From assembly GCA_016839765.1 (NCBI GenBank), contig JAEOTP010000037.1, positions 1 to 25,859 on the forward strand: a DNA stretch of 25,859 bases, given 5' to 3'. The notes under the pieces were generated by a model. That model had not been told where the DNA came from. It did not search any database and saw nothing but the letters and a program-made list of their open reading frames with translations. The DNA comes from Promethearchaeota archaeon (GTDB lineage Archaea; Asgardarchaeota; Lokiarchaeia; Sigyniarchaeales; SOKP01). Made by a program: the position numbers and the translations under genes. Positions 19,235 through 25,859 of this stretch are shown piece by piece (within the stretch, counting starts at the first letter, position 1; the number at the start of each line of letters is the position of its first letter).

Positions 19235-20386
19235 TTAAATCATTTCTATAAATGCTTCGATACGAGTTTGTAAACGAGTGGTATCAGATTGATAAAATTC
19301 TCTATCAATATTCAAAACAGGTATATCTAATTCCTTTAATTCATGTGTAAAAAGCATATTATCGCATCCGTGAAGATCACAATTGTTAATTCTCTGTAGA
19401 AGAACACCATCAACTTTAGCCCGATTAATTTCTTCTTTTAAAAAATCTAAGCGTCTTAAATGATCATCCATCATTCTTGGGCAAGAGAGCCTATAATATA
19501 GTCGTTTAGTAATATTCTCTAAGGGATCATCATAATTTACTAATTGTACATCATCATTAAAATTTCGAGTTCCGAAACAAAGAAAATCAGAGGCAATGAA
19601 AGCACCTGAGTTTTCAATTAATTGTGTAAAATCAATGTCATCTACAATACTTCCAACTAATAAGATTCTTTTTTTATTACTTACATCTATAGCCTTGCGA
19701 CTTTTTAAAGCACTAATTATTCTATTTAATTCTTGATTAGCGATATCTTTTGGGATTGAGGAATTAGCCATATTTATTTGTAAAAACTCACTACCTGTAA
19801 GTTTTGGTTTTTCCTGAACTCTAAGTTTGTGGATATTTCTTAGTAATTTTCTATTCTCATTGTAAATATTAATCGACTCCAATAACATTTCATTTGTAAT
19901 CTCTTTAATTTGGTAGGCTTTTTCCAATTCTTCCTTTAATTCTTCTACTTCCTTCTTATACCATTCAAAGCCCTCATCTGTTATTACATGGGGTAATGCT
20001 AAGTAAAATTGAGGAACCTTTTTATTGAAATTTTCTCTATTGAATACCTTTAGATTGAATAATTCAAACATTCTACGACTATGATCACAACTATTACATA
20101 CCAAAAATCCATCAAGAAAGTCATAGTTTCCTCTAAGCGCCAAATCCAGTGTAGCCCTTACAAAAGAGCAGGTGAATCGTACCATATAGATATCTGCTAA
20201 ATCGGTGTCTTTAGTTCCTGTTGCTCTAATTCTAAAAGGAATTAACTCAGCAGCATGAAGTAATTCCTCAGGGATGTAAGTGCAGTAATAACCCACCACT
20301 TTTCTATTGGATTTCTGCCAATCCTCGATGTAGGGATTAATTATTGAATATGAAATGTTCAAGAAAGGATCATTTTCCAAACTCAT
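19235..20386 (-). CDS. 2-hydroxyacyl-CoA dehydratase family subunit (HgdB/FldC/BcrC-like)
   Basis: GYYCTYIPEELLHAA, TCSFVR, NSCDH, SDFLCFG, SCPR, NNCDLH, IPVLNIDREF...TRIEAFIEMI. Confidence 0.92.
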   Translation of the reverse strand: MSLENDPFLNISYSIINPYIEDWQKSNRKVVGYYCTYIPEELLHAAELIPFRIRATGTKDTDLADIYMVRFTCSFVRATLDLALRGNYDFLDGFLVCNSCDHSRRMFELFNLKVFNRENFNKKVPQFYLALPHVITDEGFEWYKKEVEELKEELEKAYQIKEITNEMLLESINIYNENRKLLRNIHKLRVQEKPKLTGSEFLQINMANSSIPKDIANQELNRIISALKSRKAIDVSNKKRILLVGSIVDDIDFTQLIENSGAFIASDFLCFGTRNFNDDVQLVNYDDPLENITKRLYYRLSCPRMMDDHLRRLDFLKEEINRAKVDGVLLQRINNCDLHGCDNMLFTHELKELDIPVLNIDREFYQSDTTRLQTRIEAFIEMI

Positions 20387-20401
20387 AAAAATTAACCTTA
20401 T

Positions 20402-20890
20402 TTACCTTTTTTTATATACATCATTTTTACCAATCATTAGGCATTTTGCTAATTTTAATGCCACTTTAACAGAACCTTTTATCTTTGCTTTGCCTGGAAT
20501 CAAATACTTTAATAGTTTAGCTAATCCAAGAAGATTGCTTTTGGAGCGAATTATATCACTGATTACTTTAAGAATTTTTTCTTCTTTAACCGTTATGATA
20601 ATACTAGCAATTGGATTATTAGCTTTTTGTACTAGACATTCAAATTTCTGCCTATCTGAGGTTAAAATGAAAGTAATATAACCATCTAAGTTTTTTAGAT
20701 ATAATTCAACCTCTTGACCCTCTAATTCTTTGCCAATTTTTAGGAATGGTTCATCTAATCCAAACAAATCTACCAGCATTTTTGCTAATCTTGCAATATT
20801 AAGTACTTTAGTTTCCCTAACAAGATTTTCTGCTCTAACTTCTCTATTAATAGTTTTAATAGACTCCTCTTGTTTAATAGTTTCCACCAA
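20402..20890 (-). CDS. SCP2-like lipid-carrier domain protein
   Basis: C-terminal GKAKIKGSVKVALKL matches the SCP2 G-k-l-k-i-k-G...A-x-K-L pattern; TTG start; 15 bp from the dehydratase gene. Confidence 0.6.
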   Translation of the reverse strand: MVETIKQEESIKTINREVRAENLVRETKVLNIARLAKMLVDLFGLDEPFLKIGKELEGQEVELYLKNLDGYITFILTSDRQKFECLVQKANNPIASIIITVKEEKILKVISDIIRSKSNLLGLAKLLKYLIPGKAKIKGSVKVALKLAKCLMIGKNDVYKKR

Positions 20891-20969
20891 TTAAATACTA
20901 TTTATTAACGTAAAAAACAATATAATTTAAAAATACGATTATTATTATTTGAATTATTTAAAGATTTAA

Positions 20970-21101
20970 AGATTTATCTGTCTGAAACCGGATCTTTACA
21001 AATATGGAAAATCAATAGAAAGGGACACAAGTATGAATTCATAGCTTGTGTTATTTCTCTAACTCTTACAATTAACTAATTTAATATAAAGGATTTAACT
21101 A
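20970..21101 (+). repeat. ~132-bp dispersed repeat, copy 1
   Basis: Hand alignment with 22408-22540 gives 26 mismatches and 1 indel (~80% identity). Confidence 0.93.
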
Positions 21102-21259
21102 AAACTTTGAAATATTAATTTTTTCGTTTTTAGGAATTCTAATCCTTATAACCACCTCTTTAAGTACTATTTTTGGGAATTTTATTTTTTAACATAAATT
21201 AAAACCAAATTATAAATTGAAAGAAATAACTAAATATTACATAAAAATTAATTAAATTT

Positions 21260-22372
21260 TTGGGTGAAACTAATACGTCTCAAAATGAAAAAGAAATTAC
21301 AATAAGAGAACAGATGAAAAAATTTTTGATAAAAGGCTTTTATGGATTTAATACAATATTAACATGTGGTCTTGGTCTACGGCTTGGAATTTTCGATTAT
21401 CTTTACAAACAAGCCAAGTCTTTATCTGAAACAATTACCATATCTTCAATGATTTTTACAATAGAAGAAATTTCTGAAAAACTCAATTTAAATCTAAAAT
21501 ATGTAGATGCTTGGGTTCATTTAGGTCTTGAATGTGGTCTTTTTGAAATCAATGATACAATTAAAAGAGAAATAAAAACTGCGCCACATGTATATAGTTT
21601 ATTAATTGATCGTAATCATATGTTTTATGTTGGAGACACTATTGGAGCATTTTATTATCTTGCACCATATCAAGATTCAATACTTGAATATATTAAAGGA
21701 ACAGGAAAGTTATCTACTACAGAATTCTATGATGAATATCCTGAAGAAGTAATTAGAGCTACGCAGATGATGAGTGCTAGAGTTGGATCATTGATTGAAA
21801 GGCTATTTGCTAAGAATTTCAAGGATTTTTGTAGAAACTTACGAAAAGAATCTTCTATTCTATCAGTTGGATGCGGTTATGGTTATACTCTAGCAGTTTG
21901 GGCAAAAAATTATAAGAAAGCGAGATTCGTAGGCATTGATATTGATTCTCGAGGGATATCAGCTGCTCAAAGGTTGATAGAAGAAAATAATTGGAGTGAT
22001 AGAGTTGAAATTCTTGAAATTCCAATTGATAAATATACTAAACAATCAGAAGCAAAGTTTAACCTGATATTACTAAATCAAGTACTTCATGAGATGGAAA
22101 AGGATGAAGCCTACCGATTAAGTGTTTTCAATGATCTCTATACTTTATTGAAAGATGATGGAATTTTACTTGTTGCAGAGAGTATGATTCACGGAACTTT
22201 TGATCCACCAGAAGAATTCCAACTTTTTGATGTTATGCATAAGTTACTTGAAGCTGATTTTGCAGGTTTTTATGATGAGAAATCTTTTAAACAATTTGTT
22301 GATTCTACACCTTTTAATAAAGCAGAATTCATAAAAGATAAGGGAACTTATTTCTGGGCAGTTCGAAAATAA
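21260..22372 (+). CDS. Class I SAM-dependent methyltransferase with N-terminal winged-helix (Rv2258c-like)
   Basis: GLRLGIFDYL, T.EEISEKLNL..KYV.AW, ILSVGCGYG, VGIDID, VLHEM, LLKDDGILLVAE. Confidence 0.88.
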   Translation: MGETNTSQNEKEITIREQMKKFLIKGFYGFNTILTCGLGLRLGIFDYLYKQAKSLSETITISSMIFTIEEISEKLNLNLKYVDAWVHLGLECGLFEINDTIKREIKTAPHVYSLLIDRNHMFYVGDTIGAFYYLAPYQDSILEYIKGTGKLSTTEFYDEYPEEVIRATQMMSARVGSLIERLFAKNFKDFCRNLRKESSILSVGCGYGYTLAVWAKNYKKARFVGIDIDSRGISAAQRLIEENNWSDRVEILEIPIDKYTKQSEAKFNLILLNQVLHEMEKDEAYRLSVFNDLYTLLKDDGILLVAESMIHGTFDPPEEFQLFDVMHKLLEADFAGFYDEKSFKQFVDSTPFNKAEFIKDKGTYFWAVRK

Positions 22373-22407
22373 AAATTCATATTTTAAACACACATTCAAA
22401 TAATTAT

Positions 22408-22540
22408 AGATTTATATCTCTGAAACCCGAAATCTACAAATATGGAAAATTAATAGAAAGGGGAAGTAAATGGGAATTTATTGCTCATATTATCTCTCTA
22501 ATTCTCATAATTGACTAATTTAATATTAAGGTTTTCACTA
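22408..22540 (+). repeat. ~133-bp dispersed repeat, copy 2
   Basis: See copy 1; lies between the methyltransferase and aconitase genes. Confidence 0.93.
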
Positions 22541-22594
22541 TCTTTACTAAAATATATAAATATTAATTATTTACAGCTTAAAAGGTTGAAATCA

Positions 22595-24523
22595 ATGGGA
22601 AAAACCCTAACTGAAAAAATTTTAGTAAAACACTTAGTAGAAGGCACTTTAGAAAAAGGTACTGATATAGCAATAAAAATCGATCAAACTCTTACCCAAG
22701 ATGCTACAGGTACTATAGCTTACCTTCAATTCGAGGCTATGGGTGTAGATCGCGTTCAAACTGAATTATCTGTAAGTTATGTAGATCATAATACTTTACA
22801 AACAGACTTTAAAAATCCTGATGATCATAGATACCTTCAGAGTATAGCAGCAAGATATGGTCTTTATTTTTCGCGACCAGGAAATGGAATTTGTCATCAA
22901 TTACACTTAGAAAGATTTGCTAGACCTGGAAAAACTTTACTTGGTTCAGATTCACACACGCCCACAGGTGGAGGTGTTGGAATGATTGCTATTGGTGCTG
23001 GTGGTTTGGATGTAGCAGCAGCAATGGCAGGGGAATCATTTCGTTTAAAAAAGCCAAAAGTTGTTAGAGTTTATCTAACAGGACAATTACAAGATTTTAT
23101 TTCTGCAAAGGATGTTATATTGGAAGTTTTGAGAAGAATTGGTGTTAAAGGAGCGGTTAATAAAGTTCTAGAATATACTGGTCCAGGAGTTAAAACATTA
23201 TCGGTTCCTGAGAGAGGGACTATTACAAATATGGGTACAGAAACTGGAGCCACGACTTCAATATTTCCTTCTGATGAAATTACTAAAGAGTTTTTAGAAG
23301 CCCAAGAACGTGGAGATCAATGGGTTGCTTTAGAGCCTGATAAAGATGCTGTATATGATGAAACAATTGAAATAAATCTAAATGAGCTAGAACCCCTTAT
23401 TGCTGAACCACATAGTCCTGGTAATGTTAAAACTGTGAAAGAACTTGAAGGATTAAAGGTAGATCAAGTATGCATCGGTAGTTGTACTAACTCTTCTTTG
23501 AGGGATCTCAAAATTGCAGCTAATATGCTAAAAGGAAAAACTATAAACAATAATACAGTTTTAACAGTTTCTCCAGGTTCTCGACAAGTAGTGAATCATA
23601 TGATCCATTCGGGAGAAATGGCTTACTTAGTAGAAGCTGGTGCTCGGATCTTAGAAAATGCTTGCGGCCCTTGTATTGGAATGGGATTAGCTCCAAAAAC
23701 AGGTGCAGTATCCTTGAGAACATTTAATAGGAATTTCTTGGGTAGATCTGGTACTAAAAGTGCAAATGCATACTTAGTTAGCCCTGAAACTGCAGCTATG
23801 GCTGCAATAGAAGGTACTATTACTGATCCCCGTAAATTTGGTAAATTACCCCAAATTGATATGCCCATGAAATTTATGGTTAATGATAATATGATTATTC
23901 CTCCTATACCTCTAGAAGAGGCTAAAAAGGTAGAAATAGTGAGAGGGCCAAATATTAAACCGTTACCAGAGTTTAATCCAATACCAGAAAAATTAGAAGG
24001 TGAACTTTTACTTAAAGTTGGGGATGATATTACGACTGACCATATAATGCCAGCAGGTGCCAAAATCCTTCCCTTAAGATCTAATATCCCAGAAATCAGT
24101 AAATTTGTATTTAGTGTAATTGATGAAAATTTTCATGACGCATCTTTAGAAAAAGGAGGTGGATTTATTGTTGGAGGAGATAATTATGGTCAAGGTTCCA
24201 GTAGAGAACATGCTGCAATAGCACCTAAATATTTAGGAATAAAAGCAGTGATCGTCAAGTCTTTCGCACGTATTCACTTAGCAAATCTTATTAACTTTGG
24301 CATTGTTCCTTTAACCTTTGTTAACAAAGAAGATTACGATAAAACAGGAAAAGGAGATCATTTTGAAATTGATCTTACAACCTTAGAAACAGGAAGAGTA
24401 ACTTTATATAACATAACTAAAAACATTGAAATTCCATTAACTCATTCTCTTAGTCAAACTGAAATTGAAGAATTGAAGGCTGGTGGGAAACTTACATTAA
24501 TTAAACAAAAACATGCCAATTAA
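22595..24523 (+). CDS. Aconitate hydratase (single-chain ~640-aa type)
   Basis: MGKTLTEKIL start with upstream AGGTTGA; QDATG, DHN, GICHQ, GSDSHT, IGSCTN, ACGPCIG, RTFNRNF, TTDHI, GQGSSREHAA. Confidence 0.95.
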   Translation: MGKTLTEKILVKHLVEGTLEKGTDIAIKIDQTLTQDATGTIAYLQFEAMGVDRVQTELSVSYVDHNTLQTDFKNPDDHRYLQSIAARYGLYFSRPGNGICHQLHLERFARPGKTLLGSDSHTPTGGGVGMIAIGAGGLDVAAAMAGESFRLKKPKVVRVYLTGQLQDFISAKDVILEVLRRIGVKGAVNKVLEYTGPGVKTLSVPERGTITNMGTETGATTSIFPSDEITKEFLEAQERGDQWVALEPDKDAVYDETIEINLNELEPLIAEPHSPGNVKTVKELEGLKVDQVCIGSCTNSSLRDLKIAANMLKGKTINNNTVLTVSPGSRQVVNHMIHSGEMAYLVEAGARILENACGPCIGMGLAPKTGAVSLRTFNRNFLGRSGTKSANAYLVSPETAAMAAIEGTITDPRKFGKLPQIDMPMKFMVNDNMIIPPIPLEEAKKVEIVRGPNIKPLPEFNPIPEKLEGELLLKVGDDITTDHIMPAGAKILPLRSNIPEISKFVFSVIDENFHDASLEKGGGFIVGGDNYGQGSSREHAAIAPKYLGIKAVIVKSFARIHLANLINFGIVPLTFVNKEDYDKTGKGDHFEIDLTTLETGRVTLYNITKNIEIPLTHSLSQTEIEELKAGGKLTLIKQKHAN

Positions 24524-24535
24524 TAGTTAAATTAA

Positions 24536-24562
24536 CTTTTTTTTACTTTCAAAATTTTTTTT
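24536..24562 (+). terminator. Oligo-T tracts, candidate archaeal terminator
   Basis: Two T8 runs directly after the aconitase stop. Confidence 0.4.
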
Positions 24563-24564
24563 AT

Positions 24565-25332
24565 ATGAATAGCATGCCAAAGAAGAAATTCATATTAGAC
24601 TCTAAAAAAAGATTCTCCTCTCGTGTTGAGAATTACATCAAATATCGCCCAAAATATCCCTCTGAAATTGTAAAATATTTAAAGGAAAAAGAGATCTTAC
24701 AAGAAGATTCAGTTATTGCAGATATTGGTTCAGGTACAGGTATCTTAAGTGAAGTTTTCTTAAAAAATGGAAATATTGTATATGGAGTTGAACCAAATGC
24801 AGATATGAGAAGTGCTGCTGAAAAGTTATTAGAAACCTATTCGAATTTCATAAGTATTGATGGTTCAGCTGAACATTCTAATTTAAAGGCAAAAAGCATT
24901 AACATAATAACCGTTGGTCAAGCATTTCACTGGTTTGATATTAAACAAACCCAAAAAGAATTTAAAAGAATACTTAAAGAAGAAGGATATGTTGTTTTAA
25001 TTTGGAATAACCGCAAGAAATCAGGTTACGGATTTTCGACTGAATATGAAAAATTTATCCTAAAGTATGGAAAAGATTATAAATTTACACGGAAAGATGA
25101 GACAAATATCAATAACTTCTTTAAATATGAAAAAAAAGTGTTTTCCAATTATCAAGAGTTTGATTTCGAGGGTTTAAAGGGACGAATATTATCAGCTTCT
25201 TATATTCCCCTTGAAGATAGCCCCGAATATGAGGATATGATAAAGGAATTAGAAAGTGTTTTTGATAAATATCACCAAAATGGGATTATAAGACTTGAAT
25301 ATGATACAGAAGTGTATTATGGAAATCTTTAA
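24565..25332 (+). CDS. Class I SAM-dependent methyltransferase
   Basis: RFS...Y.KYRP.YP, IADIGSGTG, GVEPN, GQAFHWFD, LKEEGYVVLIWN. Confidence 0.92.
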   Translation: MNSMPKKKFILDSKKRFSSRVENYIKYRPKYPSEIVKYLKEKEILQEDSVIADIGSGTGILSEVFLKNGNIVYGVEPNADMRSAAEKLLETYSNFISIDGSAEHSNLKAKSINIITVGQAFHWFDIKQTQKEFKRILKEEGYVVLIWNNRKKSGYGFSTEYEKFILKYGKDYKFTRKDETNINNFFKYEKKVFSNYQEFDFEGLKGRILSASYIPLEDSPEYEDMIKELESVFDKYHQNGIIRLEYDTEVYYGNL

Positions 25333-25406
25333 GGATAATACTTTTAAGAAATTTTATTAGTTTCCTTAGATTTAAACTCCTTACTAATTATTTAAGCTAA
25401 TACAAA

Positions 25407-25859
25407 ATGACTCTTAAAGAATTAGGTATCAAGCATAAAAAAATCGATAAGTTATATGTAGGATATATTAACTTTAGAGGCGAGATACCAGATATTCCAG
25501 CTAAAATTGATGAGTTTTATAATAAGATCAAGGATCATGCTACTGGTCCCCCTATTGCAGTTATTGACTATGGTGTTTATAGTGAGGGAGGAAAGGATAT
25601 AGATGTTTGTTTTCCACTTAAAGTAGGAAAGGAACTTATGGATATAAATACTAAATATCTTGAGAGTATTAAGATATTATCCATAATGCATCAGGGTACA
25701 TCTGATTCTTTAAGTGAAACATATCAAAAAGGATCTAACTATACAGATGAGCATATGATTTCTGGTACATCATGGCTAAGACTTGTTTATCATAGGTATA
25801 ATCAAAAAAATCCAAAAGATAATCAAATAGAAATTCAGCATAATTTGCATAAATGGGAA
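25407..25859 (+). CDS. GyrI-like small-molecule-binding domain protein (runs off the window end; absent from the ORF track)
   Basis: Open frame from ATG 25407: MTLKELGIKHKKIDKLYVGYINFRG...GPPIAV...DIDVCFPL...SIMHQG...LSETYQ...QIEIQ. Confidence 0.8.
   Translation, partial: MTLKELGIKHKKIDKLYVGYINFRGEIPDIPAKIDEFYNKIKDHATGPPIAVIDYGVYSEGGKDIDVCFPLKVGKELMDINTKYLESIKILSIMHQGTSDSLSETYQKGSNYTDEHMISGTSWLRLVYHRYNQKNPKDNQIEIQHNLHKWE

Noticed and set aside
20970-22540. DGR TR/VR pair, CRISPR repeats or SECIS elements
   Set aside because: Mismatches involve all bases on both strands; only two long copies and no spacer array; no AUGA/GA core and no in-frame TGA selenoprotein candidate nearby
22511-22594. 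N-terminal extension of aconitase in the ORF track
   Set aside because: Overlaps the repeat and AT-rich intergenic DNA; family homology and a Shine-Dalgarno-like sequence support ATG 22595
812-24063. Antisense/shadow ORFs (812-1030, 1014-1268, 1409-1672, 1597-1827, 3788-3973, 5361-5546, 7340-7624, 8000-8182, 8488-8697, 8986-9309, 11325-11510, 15341-15700, 20355-20681, 23071-23253, 23541-23723, 23623-24063)
   Set aside because: They lie opposite well-supported genes and show no recognisable motifs
1-25859. tRNA, rRNA, CRISPR array, IS or integrase
   Set aside because: No GC-rich cloverleaf or rRNA-like segment, no regularly spaced repeats, and no transposase or recombinase motifs seen

Overview
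AT-rich window that looks like Asgard archaeal (probably Lokiarchaeia) chromosome. This assignment is inferred from an SDS22-type LRR protein, an IPGY+TM+basic-tail C-terminal sorting signal, several TTG starts and anaerobic CCG/Fe-S enzymes. It holds about 24 mostly metabolic CDSs: a GDH-like protein, two redox operons each led by an SCP2-like lipid-carrier gene, a MacB/LolD ABC pair, a DUF4097-like protein, flavodoxin, TatD, a surface protein, pyroglutamyl peptidase, two SAM methyltransferases, aconitase and a truncated GyrI-like gene. I saw no rRNA, tRNA, CRISPR array, transposase, integrase or reverse transcriptase. The structure not explained by the ORF track is: (i) a ~132-bp, ~80% identical repeat flanking a methyltransferase, showing both coding-like and RNA-hairpin signals; (ii) a 44-bp direct repeat bounding an 876-bp unit with a perfect palindrome and an orphan ORF; (iii) a GDH with many substituted conserved residues; (iv) an activator-less 2-hydroxyacyl-CoA dehydratase operon led by an SCP2-like gene. 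All identifications are from motif recognition by eye; no searches were run.
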